NCBI RefSeq assembly: GCF_964194155.1
Contig: NC_135896.1
Span: 8,246,001-8,310,000 of the forward strand
DNA from: Cetorhinus maximus
Lineage: Eukaryota
Reading direction: 5' to 3'
Length of the DNA: 64,000 bases
Shown here: positions 24,598 through 38,801 of the stretch, piece after piece
Layout: every line of letters begins with the position of its first letter
How positions within the stretch are numbered: the stretch's first letter is position 1
Position numbers and translations under genes: made by a program
The notes under the pieces: generated by a model
Told to the model about the DNA's origin: nothing
What the model saw: the letters and a program-made list of their open reading frames with translations, nothing else
Database searches by the model: none

Positions 24598-25660
24598 CAT
24601 ATGGGGCTGGATGTCGCTCTGCCTCATCATTAAGACGTTGTGACTCAAAGCGTGTTGCAGTTTGATGGACAAGTTGCTGTCCTCTGAACAATTAGTAGCA
24701 AACTCCTCCCAGTCATTAATATCGATGTTGTTGGGCTTCAAGGAGAGCGCGTTCTTGAAACGTTTCTTTGTCCTCCCCTGGAACGCTGGCCATTTGAGAA
24801 TTGAGAAAACAGGACCTGCCAGTGAAGCTGATTTTCAGTTATCCAGACATAGTGTCCAGTCCATTGAAGTTGATTTGGTAGGTGTTTTTGCCTGAATGCT
24901 CGTGGAGCCGGCTTCAAGAAGGACACTAGCATTTGCACAACGGTCCTCCCATTGAATTTGAAGGATGCAGCGGAGGCATCGCTGGTGGAATTTATCTAGT
25001 ACTCTTACGTGTCACTGATACACTGTCCAGGTCTTACTGCACAGGAGTGTGGTGAGGACAACTGCTCTGTACCCTGGGACTTTAGTTGACTTGTGGAGGT
25101 CTTTGTCATCAAACCCTCGCTGCTGTAGTTTGTAGAAGGCTGAGCTGGCAGAGCTGATCCGGTGTTGGATCTCTTCATCATTGGTGACCTTTTGAGAGAG
25201 GTGACTGCTGAGGTATGGGAAGTGCTCAACTTATTCCAGAGCCTCTCCTTCAACATGTATGGGAGGTGGAATATTTGGCTGACCAGGTGTGGGTTGATAT
25301 AAGTTTTGTTTTGGCAACACTCAAGGACAGGCTGCATTTCTTGCAGTGCAGAATTGAAGAGTTTGAGAATAGCTTGCAAATCTGATGCAGAGTGAGTAAC
25401 GGTACTGCAGCCATCCGCAAACTGTAGATCATGTAATCTATGGTAGGCAGTTTAGTTTTGGCACAGAGGTGACTGAAGTTAAAGAGTTTTCTATGTAGAT
25501 GGTGTTTAATATTCTGACACCAGAGGGCAGTTGATTTTTGATGAGGTGAATAGCGGCAGTCAGGTAGATTGTAAATAGTATGGGGGCTATCACACAGCCT
25601 CGCTTGACACCAGTCTGGATTTTGAAGGCGTCTGTTTCAGATCTCCCACTCAAGTTGAAG
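24598..25660 (-). mobile_element. RTE (BovB-like) LINE fragment nested in a CR1 3' fragment
   Basis: DAFKIQTGVKRGCVIAPILFTIY and LQWTGHYVW...NGQRSRGGQ (RTE ORF motifs). Flanked by TAAATGG direct repeats, with CR1 sequence on both sides (~24200-24595, ~25660-25800). Confidence 0.8.
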
Positions 25661-28600
25661 ACTAAATGGAGTTAAGATACAGATTGGTCATGATCTAACA
25701 GGCTCAAGGGGCTGAATTCTCACGTGTCGGTGCAGACTCGATGGGCCGAAAGGCCTCTTCTGCACTGTGATTCTGTGAATTCCCTGTTCATGTTCCTATG
25801 TTTTTATGGTATACATATTTGGGATTCCTCATCCCAGGCCCACCACTATCCCAGTTAGCTCCCCGTAGCTGTCCAATGGCCAGTGACTGGGAAAGGCTAG
25901 GAGCAAATTGTCAATCCTGACCTCTCAGTCTCAAGGAAAACACCATGGGAAGGGAACAATGCTTCCTGAGAAAAACAATGACTTCTACTGACAGAAGGAA
26001 TTGGGTATATTTTTGAAAAGAAATAGTCGCAGGGCTATGAGGAAAGAACAGGAAGTGGGGGACCAATTGGCTAACTCATTTAAAGAGCCAGTACAGGCGC
26101 AATGAGCTGAATGGTCCCCTTATATTCTGTACTATTTTGTAAGCACACATTTGCACAAATTAAAGTATGTTTTAAGTGTTGCCAGCAAAAAAAATTTAGA
26201 TCAGTCTTTTTGCTTTAAATTCATAAACCAAAGGAAACCAAAGAAATAACATTCCAATGTGTTAACACTCTGTTTTTGATGTTACCTGAAACATGAGGAG
26301 ATTCATGTTTATGCTTCTCTAAATCCCACTTCTAATCCCTCTTCCTCAAGCAGGGAATACAGAATACTTGAGCTACAGCCCATGCGGTGCTGTATTTCAT
26401 AGGATTAGAGAATCACAGAACAGTACAGCATAGAAGGGGGCCATTCAGGTCATTGTGTCTGTACTGGCTCTTTCAAAGAGCAATCCAGTTCGTCCCTCTC
26501 TGTGCATCTCTGCCATTTGCCTCAACCACTCTCTGTGGTAGTGAGTTCCACATTCTCACCAATCTCTTCTGAATTCCCTACTGGATTTCTTGGTGACTAT
26601 CTTGTATTGATGACCTGTAGTTTTGCTCTTCCCCGCAAGTGGGGTCATTCTCTCTGTATCGACTCTATCAAAATCTTTCATAAATTTAAAGGCCCCTATT
26701 GGTTCACCCTTTCTCTTACTGTGGATGAAACCCTGAAGTTTTCAGATATTCAATGATGGAGGGAGATATTTTACTTTTGAGGGGGCATTGCACTAACCCT
26801 CCGAAAGTTACTTGGTGCCCTCTCATCCACCAGTGTATTAGGAGGAGCGTATAATAGAGTGACTTCCATATTCAGTTGAAAAGGCTCCCATTTGCTTGAT
26901 TTTAGCTTTATTTTGATAGTAAGGAATTTTGGATGAAATGATGGAGTTGGATAAACACAGACTCCATCCAATTATTATTCTATAATAAGCATAGGATTCC
27001 AATTCGTACCAGTTCCTCCCACTCCTATTGTATGGGAACCCTAATCCAAGGAAAACATTTAAATTTACAATGCTGTTCTAAGCAGTGGTTTTGATCCTTT
27101 CACCTATCCTGTTTTTACTGATTTACTAACTAAATATAGTTAAACCCACCGCCCGATTTCAATCATTCGGGCAGCACTGTGTTTCAGCAGGCTGACTGCT
27201 TCTGGACAAGCTACATCTTTGTTCAAAATTTTTAGTTTCCTTTTCCATTGATACTGACCTGCTGAATAAATGAATAATTGGCTTGAGGTCCAAGAGATTT
27301 GGAAACTGTCCAATTTCCTCATTAGTCCCCGGAGATCAATGTGATCCGAATTCAAGCAACAAGAGTCTAATTGGCAAACTGGAGGAAATAAGCTCTCCTT
27401 AAGTGGACCTTTGTCGACTCTGTCCCTCTTAGGTTCTCATTCCTCTGCTGGGCTTGATTTGGCAGCACTTCCATTGCTGCCTCGGAGAGCATGGGACAAC
27501 TTCACCCTCAGGTATCTTTAATCAAGCCACCTTGATCCTTAGCTCCCAAGCTGTCATGTTGGGTGACTGCCCCTTTAAGCCATAATTGGCCTTTAAATCC
27601 TGCATCAGCAGCCTCAATGGCCAATCATCGGTGATATTCATACTCGCAACTGGCCTTGAATATTCAAATTAGGCTGACCTTTGAACCAAAGTGGGGTTAA
27701 CTCACCTCAAACTGCACGGGCACTAATCACAATCCACGCTATCTCTGAATTCATCTGAGTGGAAATTCTGCTGCTGAAGTGTGGATAAGCTAAGGCTACT
27801 CATCGTGTTGATGTTAAGTAAACACTAGGTGAGTTCATACACAAGACAGGTAAGAGATTGCAGACGTTGTGGCCATGGCATTTCCCATCCTTTACTTCTT
27901 TGTACCCTTTCCAAGTGCAACATAAAACTTGGCATGAACAGTGTCTGGTCTGAAGTACTCACATAGTTTTTTGATATTACAGAAATTTCAAAGGATATAT
28001 ATATAGATATATAAAATTATTTCTGGAGAGTTTGGAGTGGCCTCTTATCCCCTTCTTTTGCTCTGTGAAGGACACTAAAGAAAATTAACCTGGGGTATTT
28101 TTAAAATGACAAGTAGTCAGATAAAATTTCCACAGGGTCGGGGAGGGTGTGTGATCTTCTGTTTCCTAGTGTAACTTTGGAGCAAGATCAGCAGAAATCC
28201 AGAAAAAAACAGGCCTTTACATCACTTCTCCAAGATATGAGAGAACTCCTTGTGCAAATTCTATTCCAGTGACATCTACCTCATTTTTTTTACAAGTAGT
28301 GCTGAGTTTGGAGTGAGCCCTTGGTCTTTCAGTAAGTTGCGGTACGGACGGACTGAATTTCATTCAGAGCTCAATGTACCAGGAAGAGGCATCTTAGTCC
28401 TTGGGCCTGTCCCACCATTCAATGAGATCATGGTTGGTCTGCGACCTAACCCCATATCCCTCCCTCTGCCACAGTCATCTCTGAGTAATTTAGAAGGACA
28501 CTAACCTTTAAGGGCTAGGGGAGTGACCTTTAATTGACCCACACGTACAACTGCCCCGTGTTTAGGTTGTCAGTGATGGCATTGTCCACGGGGGACTGGT

Positions 28601-29541
28601 GTCCATGCACGTGTGGTTCTTGGCATGTTGGCACTGTTCCATTTTCTGCGTTGCACCCATGTGTTTGCCATGACTCACAAGGGTTCTGACAGAGCTTATC
28701 ATGTGTGTTGGCGTGTCCATTTCGTGACAATACTTTGCATCGCCCCACAGACCACTGATATCTAACATCCCCAAATGATCATCGGATGGAAAATAGGAGC
28801 AGCAGTAGGCTGTTCAGCCCCTTGAGCCTGGGACGCTATCCAAATAAATTATAGCTGATCTGTAATGAAGTCATTGTTCCACCAAGACCACCAAGAGGAT
28901 GAGACTCTGCCAGTAAGGCAGAGGACAATACACTTAGTGGATAATTTTGACCAAACCCACCCAACCTGACCATCATGGAACTAATCTCCTCAGCAGCATG
29001 AAACCGGTTAGGGGTGAATCAGCAGGCAATTTTTCACTGCGCTCAATCTTCTTTTCATTTAAGTTCGCAGAGAACAACGGTTCAAACTCTTTTTGGAGAC
29101 ATGCTTCCTAGTTTCACTGTCAATTCCTTGCTTTGAAAATAAAAATCTTGGCAATATTTTCCAAGTCAATGGAAAATAAAATGGGTTGGGCACCCAGCCC
29201 AGATTTTAATCCCCATTGAAGGACAGGACCTGTCGAGTTCCCACTGGGCAGATTAAGTTATAGCTGCTCCTTTGCACCTCACCCCAACCATTACAGCTGT
29301 GACTGTTCCATGTATTGGAAGTCATTGACAATGCGGTGAAAGAGATTTGTATTTCAGAATCTGTACCCAAGTAAAATAAAAATGCTCAAACACGCATTTT
29401 GTTAACCATGTGGAGCGGGCGACTCTTTCGCGAGGATTTTGAAAGTCCGATGTGTCTGAAGTCCCTTGGTCTAGAGCTCTGTTGGTTAGTTTAGTATCTG
29501 CAACTATTGGTGTGTGAATGGGTACCTTATGAACTACTCAC

Positions 29542-29616
29542 AGCAGGAAGTTCACATCAGTGGAACAGATTTTCGTCAGGTCAGGAAATATGTTCAACCC
29601 AGTGTTGAAAATGCCG
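29542..29616 (-). CDS. TSHR: TSHR exon 5 (75 nt)
   Basis: atttcag|C...CT|gtgagt; [25 protein letters not shown]. Not in the ORF track; found by manual translation. Confidence 0.96.
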
Positions 29617-32168
29617 CTGAAATCAGAGCAGAAAGGTTTGACATTAAAACTTTTTACTGGAGCCCAGTTTTAAAGTTTATTTCTTGTCTGCAAACACATT
29701 TTACATAGGATTATAAATACAGCATAGGAACAGGCCATTCAGCCCTACCAGTCCATGCTGGTGTTTATGCTCCACTCGAGCCTCCTCTCATCTTCCCTCA
29801 TCTAACCCTACCATCTTAACCTCCTATTCCCTTCTTCTTCATATGCTTGTCTAGCTTCCACTTAAATACATCTATACTATCCACCTCAACCACTCCCTGT
29901 GGTAGCAAGTTTCACAATGTCACCATTCTTTGGTAAAGGAGTTTCTCCTAAATTTCCTATTGGATTTCTTGGTAACTATCTTATATTGATGACCACTAGT
30001 TATGCTCTTTCCCACAAGTCGAAACATTCTCTCTGTATACACTCTATCAAAACCTTTCATAATTTTAAAGACCTACTAGGTCATAAGAACACGCGAACAT
30101 ATGAACAAGGAGCAGGAGTAGGCCATTCAGCCCCTCGAGCCTGCTCTGCCGTTTAATAAGATCATGGCTAATCTGATGGTAACCTGAAATCTGCATCCCG
30201 CCTACCCCTGATAGCTTATCATCCCCTTGTTTACCAAGAATTTATCCACCTCTGCCTTAAAAATATTCAAAGGCTCTGCTTCCACCACCTTTTCAGGAAG
30301 AGAGTTCCAAAGACTCACGACCCTCTGAGTGAAAAAAATTTCACCTCATCTCTGTTTTAAATGGGTGACGCCTTATTTTTAAACAGTGACCTCTAGTTCT
30401 AGATTCTTCCACAAGGCGAAATAACCTCTTGACATCCAACATGTCAAGGTCTTATATGTTTCAATAAAGTCACCTCTTACTCTTCTAAACTCCAACAGAT
30501 ACAAGCCTAACCTGTCCAACCTTTCCTCATAAGACAACCCACCCATCCTAGGTATTAGTCAGGTAAACCTTCGCTGAACTGCTTCCAACGTTCTTTATTC
30601 TTCAAGAAAAGAGAAGAGACCAAGCTTGTCAATCCGTTCCAAATATGTATACCCACGTATTTCTGGTATTATCCTTATAAAATCTTCTCTTTGCCCTCTC
30701 CAGTGCCTCTATATTCTTTTTATAAATATAATAGCCAGAACTGCCAAGATTTGACACTGGCTTTGTATAACTTCCCTACTTTTCAACTATATCCCTCTAG
30801 AAATAAGGCCTAATGCTTTGTTTGTTTTTTTTTATGTGCTAACCTGTGGTGCACCCTTTTAGTAATTGATGTATCTGTATTCTTGAGATCCCTGTGCTCC
30901 TCTACCTCACCTAGACTTGCATCTTCCAAGTAACGTGTGACTTCCCTGTATTGGTAACTTTGATGACAAATGCAACACCAACCCCCACCCCCCGCCCCCC
31001 ACCTTGCCCCCCACCGCCCCTTTGGTAAATGCTTGGAGGAGGAATGAAAGAATGAGTTTGCATTAACATAGCGCCCCTCATAACCTCAGGATACCGCAAA
31101 GTGCTTTACAGCCCATGAACCTGTTTTGAAGTGTAGTCACATTTGTAATGTAGGGAATGTGTAAAATGTCCATGACATCTTTGCTAAATCTCTCCTGAGC
31201 TCCCATCTATCCCTGACCTTCTATTTTGCTCCACCTGCTCCATCCCCTCTCAAACAGTATAAAATCCATCATGTTTCTACTTCTCTTTAGCTTTGAAGAA
31301 GAGTCATACGGACTCGATACGTTAACTCTGTTTCTCTCACCATAGATGCTACCAGACCTGCTGCGTTTTTCTAGCATTTTCTGTTTTTATGACAGAAGGA
31401 TCTATTTGGTCCATCGAATCTGCACCTCTTTTGAAGAACAAGCTATGTTCATCCCATTCTCCTCATATCCCTACAATTTTATCTCCTACAAATAATTATC
31501 CAATTCCCTTTCAAAGCTACTATTGGATCTGTATCCACCACCCTGTCACACAGTGCATTCCAAATCCTAATCACTTGTTAAGTAAAAACAGATTTTTCCT
31601 CATGTCGCTTTTGGTTCTATTGCCAATCACCTTAAATCTGTGCCCTCTGGTTATCAACCCTTCAGGCATTGGGAAAATGCCCAGGGCAGGAATTGATCCT
31701 CACAGAGGGATTTGTATTTACCTCTGTGAGGTTGCCTCCATCTTGAAAAGCCCCCATGATCACCAACCTGCCTCAGCAGCAACCACCTCTCGCATTGGGG
31801 CTGTGGAGGTTTCAGAGCTGCTATCCCTCTGACCGGGCCAGTTAGGAGGTGTTCTGCACTAAAATCATCGAGTTGGTCCTGCTGCCGGCAAGATCCACTC
31901 TTTGGCCCTCTGTCTCTATTTCCATTTAAGCCAGGACTAGAACTCAAGGTAGGTCAGGTCGGGGCCATCACCAAATGCATAACTACACCCCATAAAGGTA
32001 CAGTGAAGAGGCCAGCATGGCAAAAACACACTGCCTTTAAAGACCAAGCAAAGTTGCAATGCATTATGACCATTATGCAGTCAATGAGGAGGGCTTCCCT
32101 TTCCCCAGAAATATTTACCACCCAATTATCTATTACACAAGCATTCATTTTCGTTTTGCTGTACTCAC

Positions 32169-32243
32169 AGGTATTTTAGAATTGGGAGGTTCTTGAAAGC
32201 ATCTGGGTCAATGTGACTCAAACTCTTTGTGTTGCGTATCTCT
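32169..32243 (-). CDS. TSHR: TSHR exon 4 (75 nt)
   Basis: aaaacag|A...CT|gtgagt; EIRNTKSLSHIDPDAFKNLPILKYL. Confidence 0.96.
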
Positions 32244-33691
32244 CTGTTTTTAAAAAAAACACAACATATTATTGGTGTAATTTTGTTATTGTAGTGTCTC
32301 CCCTCTTAATTCCTTCCTCTCTGAAGGGACGGAACAGACTGGGGATCAAACCCTGGAGTTTTCATGATCTCCGTATGGATCTGATCCATATGAGACATTG
32401 AAAGGTACTATTCATTCTATAATACCTCAGCCAAGCGACTATGTGTTAGTCCAGACTGTGAATGTTAGCAGGCTGTGAACAGCATCACACCCAACTCCAA
32501 TCCTGACCTCCATACAAGTATACTTTCCTGCAGAGATCAGCGTATCATGATCAGGAGTAGGAAATCATGATTAATTTGTGACTCAGTTGGTAGCACACTT
32601 GCACAAAGTTTTTGGGTTCAAGTCTCACTCCAGGACCTCAGCACAATGATCATGGTACTGAGGGAGCATTGCATTGTCGGCAGTGCTGTCTTTTGATGAG
32701 ATGTTAAACTGAGGTTCTATCTAACTGCTTGGGTGAATGTTGAGTTCTGGGTACCACACTTCAGAAAGGATGCGAAAGCATTAGAGAGGGTGCAGAAAAG
32801 ATTCACGAGAATGATTCCGGAGATGAAGAACTTCAGTTAGGTAGGTAGATTGGAGAGTTTGGGACTATTTTCCTTGGAGAAGAGAAGGTTGAGAGGAAAT
32901 TTGATAGAGGTATATAAAGTCATGAGTTGTTTGAACAGAGTGGATAGGGAAAAACTGTTCCCATTAGTGGAAGGATCAAAAACCAGAGGGCACAGATTTA
33001 ATGTAATTGACAAAGGAAGCAATGGTGGCATGAGGAAAAGCTTTTTCATGCAGCAAGTGGTTGGGATTGCTGGAATGTGCTGCCTGAGAGTGTGGTGGAG
33101 GCATGTTCAATCGAGGCATTCAAGAGGGAGTTGGATTACCATCTGAAAAGAAAGAATGTATGAGGCTATGGGGAGAAGGTAGGGGAGTGGCATGAGGTAA
33201 ATTGCTCCTTCAGACAGCCGGCATAGACACGATGGGCCAAATTGACTCCTTCTTTGTTGTAACAATTCTGTGATTCTGTGAACGAGCTCATGGCACTGTT
33301 TCGAAGAAGAGTCGGGGAGTTGTCCTCGCCAATAACTTTCCCTCCATCAGCATCACAAAAAAGAGATTGTCTGGATATTGCTGATTGTGGGAGCTTGCTG
33401 TGCGAATATTGGCTGCTGCGTTTCCTACATTACAACAGTGACTACACTTCAAGAAGTATTTAATTGGCTGTAAAGTGCTTTGAGCTGCCGTTGGTTGTGA
33501 AAAGCACTAGATAGATGCATGTCTTTCTTTCTTTTTATTCTCTGCCTAGCCCAGAGGTGTTCCTGGAAAAAGAACTGATCGTAAAAAATCAGGTTGATAT
33601 GTTTGTGATCAGTTGGAAAGGGATGGGATCCTAAAATGGCCATTTCCTCTTAGAAAATTCACCTCAAATCAAAAGAATCTGATAAACATAC

Positions 33692-33784
33692 AAGGGTCAT
33701 GAGGACTCGAAACGTCAACTCTTTTCTTCTCCGCCGATGCTGCCAGACCTGCTGAGTTTTTCCAGGTAATTCTGTTTGTGTTTT
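33692..33784 (+). mobile_element. Very short Penelope 3'-terminal insertion
   Basis: Nearly identical to the reverse complement of 54921-55009. TSD ATACAAG at 33688-33694 and 33785-33791. Confidence 0.85.
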
Positions 33785-35744
33785 ATACAAGAAACACTGC
33801 TACTTAAAACCCAGCCCAGCAGCATAACAGAGTGTCCTTTCAAACAGACTGAGGTTGGATGTTCATGCCCCACCACTGACACCTTTCACGACCTCGACAC
33901 ATCCCTAGTTACTTTGCAGCCGCTTTTGAAATGTAGAATACACTTGAAATGAAGTGATACAAATATGGTAACTTGTGTTAGTTCTAAATAGGGCCACGAG
34001 TGATAACTTACCCACGGCGGCAGGTTGACTGAGTTCAGCTAATTCGCTTTTTTTTCCTTATTCTCTCATGGGAGGCGAGTGTCACTGCCAAAGCATTTGT
34101 TGCCCATCTCTAATTGGTCTTGAACTGAGTGGCTGCTAGGCCATTTCAGAAGAGGGCAGTAATGAGTCAATGACACTGCTGTGGGTCTGGAGTCATGTGT
34201 AGACCAGACCGGGTAAGGATGGCAGAGTTCCTTCCCCAAAGGACATTGGTAAACCAGAAGGATTTTTATGACAATCAGTGGTAGTTTCATGAGACTAGCT
34301 TTCAATTCCAGATTTTGTTAGTTGAATTTAAATTCCAACATCTGACATGGTGGGATTTAAGCCTGTGTCCCCTGGGCATTAGCCTCTGGATTACTAGGCC
34401 AGTGACTTTACCACGATACCATCCTCTCACTTAGAATGAGCGTGCCTCCTATTAGCCCAGCATGGAATAATACTAATTGTTTGCTGATTTCAGCAAAGGT
34501 TGAAGAAACTGATTTAATTGGTCAATGTCCAGATGTAATAAAAGAAGGACTCCCTCCATTTAATTGTAATTTGAAAATCCTTAAATTTATCGGCGATACT
34601 TTGATCCAACTACTAAGCCAGATCTTTGGAGATCCTCCTTCCCAAAGTTGTCCCCTCTCCTCCTGTCACTGACAATGACTGCCTGAAGTTGATTAGGGTG
34701 ACACATAAAACAGGCAACATGATCCCACGCTGTTTGCTCTGTGACTGAACTCTTCTAAATCATGAATGGCAAAGTCAGGAAGGAGCAGAGAAGAACTGTG
34801 TATTGCCACCCCCCTACCCTCTCCATTACCCTGCATTCTCCCACCATATCGCTGTCTAACACAAGTAAGGGTCAATTATCTCAGGTCAGGTCCCCTTGCA
34901 AACTAATCCTATCCTCCAAGTGCAGCTTGAACTATAATTCATAACCACACCGTTTTTGACTAAATTGGCTTTAATTGTTAAAACCAAAGTATTTGATCAT
35001 TTCAGTTCCGCTGCAATCTATGGCCTGCTTATTTAACAACAAAAACTTGCATTTATATAGTGCTTTTAACATGGTAAAACAATTCAAAGTGCCTAACGGG
35101 AGAGTTATCAGAAAAAAATTAACACCAGGCCACTAAGGAGATATTAGGACCTGTGATCAAAAGCTTGCTCAGAGACGTAGGGTTTGAGAAGCATCTTAAT
35201 TAATGGAGGAGAGAGAGGTAGAGGGATGGAGAGGTTTAGGAAGGGAATTCCAGAGCTTAGGGCCAAATTAGCTGAAGGCAAGGCCACAAACGGTGAAGCA
35301 GATTCAGAATAGAGGCTTCACTCTCACACCTCCAAATTAGAAAGTTGTGGGTTCAAATCGCACTTCAGAATGTGAGTACATTGATCTTGGCTGACCCTTC
35401 AGTGCTGTAGTGAGGGAGTGCTGCAGTGTCAGAGGTCATGCTTCGGAGATAAGATGCTAAGTTGAGTTCCTGCCCTCCTGTTCCAGTGATTGAGGTAGAT
35501 CCCACTGAGTCATTTGAAGAAGAGCAGGGATTTCTTCCTGGTGTCCTGGCCAACTTCATTCCTCGGTCAACATTGTCAGTAAAACAGATTAACTCATCAT
35601 TCATCTCATTGTTCTGAGTGGCATCTTGCTGAGCACAGACATGTAAAAGTAACACAAGGTGTGAAACACTTAGCGATGTTTCTGACCAATGTAATCATGC
35701 AAAATAAATCTTTCTACATTTAAAAAAAAATTTTGACTAAAACA

Positions 35745-36099
35745 TATGGCTGCCAACCCTCCAGGATTAGAGTCTCTAGGAATTGAAGATCTCTCTCCAG
35801 GACAAAGCTCTGTGCAGCCCTGGAGAAAAATCATTGGGACATTAAGTAAATTGTTCTTTTTGTCATTTTCTTTGAACGTTTCTCTTTACATATAAAAATA
35901 TTAAAAATGGGGGAAGATGCTGTTTAGCTGTCAGTCAAGTATCATCCAATTGGGTAATGAATCTATTTGCTTTCCAGTTGGCGTAGGAAGACAATGTGTC
36001 ACAAGGATGGATGTGTTGGCCAACTAATGGCAAGATCGTGGGGGGCAAGTCATGTGATGAAACCTCCAGGAATATATTTAATCACAGTTGGTGACCCTA
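35745..36099 (+). mobile_element. hAT/Tip100-type MITE (second, inverted copy at ~47857-48195)
   Basis: TIR tatggctgccaac ... gttggtgacccta (TAGGGTTGCCAAC-type). Internal sequence matches 47857-48195 in reverse complement. Confidence 0.7.
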
Positions 36100-36632
36100 C
36101 TAGTGCAGTGTAGGAAGGGAAGCAGCTTCAAGACTGCATGTGGACTGGGTATCTAGAATGCATACAGAATATAGAAGGATTGGATCCATAGACAACTCCC
36201 TTACTCTCTACACCAAGATAGCTATGGAGACCAGGTGCCTAAGACTTGGAATCCTGCACTGCCTCTCAAACTCTTTTTTTAATTGGTTCTTGGGATGTGG
36301 GCATCGCTGGAAAGACCAACATTTAAAGCCCATCCCGAGCTGCCCTTGAGAAGTTGGTGCTGACAACTTGTATTCAATCTAAGAACATAAGACCCGGAGG
36401 ATGCCATTCAGCCCCTCGAGCTTGTTCCAACGTTTAAGTAGACCATGGCTGATCTGTACCTCAACTTCATCGATCAGTCTTGGTTCTGCAATTCATTAAA
36501 CCTTTTCTTGATATTTTCTGTTGGCCCCAGTCAATTTTGATGGGGGTTGAGAGTTCCAGGTTTTCACTACCCACTTGGTCATATCAATCTCCAGGTCTTT
36601 GGGACCTGCAGCCTTATTGAACAAATACTCAC

Positions 36633-36707
36633 ATGTGTGTGACTTTATCCAGATTGAAGAATGCGTGTGCATCCACTTTCTGAAGTGTTGCATCGATAGA
36701 TATGTAT
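36633..36707 (-). CDS. TSHR: TSHR exon 3 (75 nt)
   Basis: ccttccag|A...AT|gtgagt; YISIDATLQKVDAHAFFNLDKVTHI. Confidence 0.96.
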
Positions 36708-38112
36708 CTGGAAGGAAAATGGACAAAGTTGACGTGAGAAATGGGATAAGACATTTTAAATAGGACAGATATCCATTTGTTTCTTAATTGCCATATTTAG
36801 ACAAATATTTATTTGTTTATTCATGTTACTGCATAGTAATTTCTCACACATCACGTTGATAAAAGATTTATTTCTTTATTTCCTTTCCCCTCTTCCCCAA
36901 AAATTCTCATCCGTGCTTTCAAATCCCTCCATGGTTTAGGAAATAGGAACAGAAGTCAGCTGTTTTACCCCTTCGAGCACATTGTGCCATTCAATGAGAT
37001 CATGGCTGATCTGTGACATAACTCCACATACCCACCTTTGCCCCATACCCTTTAATACCTTTAGTTAACAGAAATCTACCAATCTCAGAATTAAGATTAA
37101 CAATTGATCTAGCATCAATTGTCATCTATGGAAGAGAGTTCCAAACTTTACTACCTTTTGTGTGTAGATGTGTTTCCTAATTTCACTCCTGAAAGGTCTG
37201 GCAGTAATGTTTAGACTATGCCCCCTCCTCCTAGGCTCTCCAACCAGCAGAAATAGTTTCCCCCCCATCTACCTTACGAGTTCCCTTTAATATCTCAAAA
37301 ACTTTGATCAAATCAACCTTTAACCTTCTAAATTCCAGGGAATACAAGCTTTGTTTAATCGCTCCCCATAGCTTAACCCTTACAGTCCAGGTATCATTCT
37401 CGTAAATCTACTCTGTACTCCCTCCAAAGCCAATATAGCCTTCCTAATGTGTGGTGCTTAGAACTGCTCGCAAGTACTCCAGGTGTGACCTAACCAGGGC
37501 TTTGTATAGCTGAATCTTCTCCCTGTCTCTGTAACTTCCTCCAGGCCTCCGACCCTCCAGGGCTCCGTGCTCCTCTAGTTCTGTTTGCTTGAGCACCCCC
37601 CATTTTAATCACTCCACCATTGGTGGCCATGCCTTTAGCTGCCTAGGCCTTATCTGAAATTCCCACCCTAAAGCTCTCCGCCACTCTACCCTTCTCTCTT
37701 CCTTTATGAAGCTCCTTATAACCTACCTCTGTCCCATGTCTTAATATTCTCCTATGTGTCTCAGTGTCAAATTCTGTTTGATAACTACTCCTGTGAAGAA
37801 CCTTGTTTTATTGCATGAAAGGTGGTATTATTTTTTTATTCATTCACGGGGTGTAGGCGTTGCTGGGTAGGAGCATTTATTGCCCATCCCTAATTGCCCT
37901 TGTTCAGAGGGCATTTTAAGAGTCAACTACATTGTTGTGGGTCTGGAGTCACATGTAAGCCAGACCAGGTAAGGGCAGCAGATTTCCTTCCCAAAAGGGC
38001 ATTAGTGAACTAGATGGGTTTTTACCGTAAATGAAAGTTATTGTTGTTGAAAGTTCTGATTTGTGGGTAAATCACAAATATCTTCAGAGGTCAACCTTCG
38101 TGTTTGAGCTCG

Positions 38113-38801
38113 GGGCTGAATTTTACCAGCCCCTTGGGGATGGGCAGGGAAGCTGTGGAGGCCATTAGGATGACAAGGGAAGGCAGGGGTTGGAGTGCCC
38201 ATCATCTTACCAACTTGCTGTGGCAGGAAAGCTGGTTGACAGCCTCCCCCCATAGGTCAATTAAGCCACTTAAGTGGCCAATTAAGGGTCTCTTCTGGCC
38301 ACTGCTGGCATTTTACCAGGAGCGGATGGGCCATCTGTCATGTGGGCAAATTACCAGGTAAACCTTTGCGGCCTCCCAGCAGGCTCAGAGGAGGTGCTCT
38401 CCTATTCAGGCACTCTGTGGTCCATAGAGGGGCCATCAGGCCCACCCTGCCCATCCCCTGCTGGGGCCTGCTTGACTGGCCCTGGAGACCCCAGACTCCA
38501 CTTATCTTGTTGGGAGGATCCATCCTTCCATTCCATCCTCTTCCTTTCAGATGCAGTCCCAGCAGTGGCCACCGCTCCCACTGGCACTGCAGGGCTGCCA
38601 CACCCACCCACACCCCCTCTCTACGATTGGCTAACTATTCCTAGAGCCGTCCTTAATAGAGATGGCAGCCCCATCGGCAACTAATGAATTGGCTTCTGCC
38701 AGTGAGATGTGGCCCCAGTGCCACAAAACCCTGAAGCAGGATCGTTCCCCTGCTTTTGGGCCCATCAGCGGGACCCTTGCCACAAGAACAAAATTCCAGC
38801 C
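38113..38801. mobile_element. GC-rich MITE-like element
   Basis: TIR ggctgaatttt ... aaaattccagcc. Related element at 52954-52965 plus 57939-58473. Confidence 0.6.
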
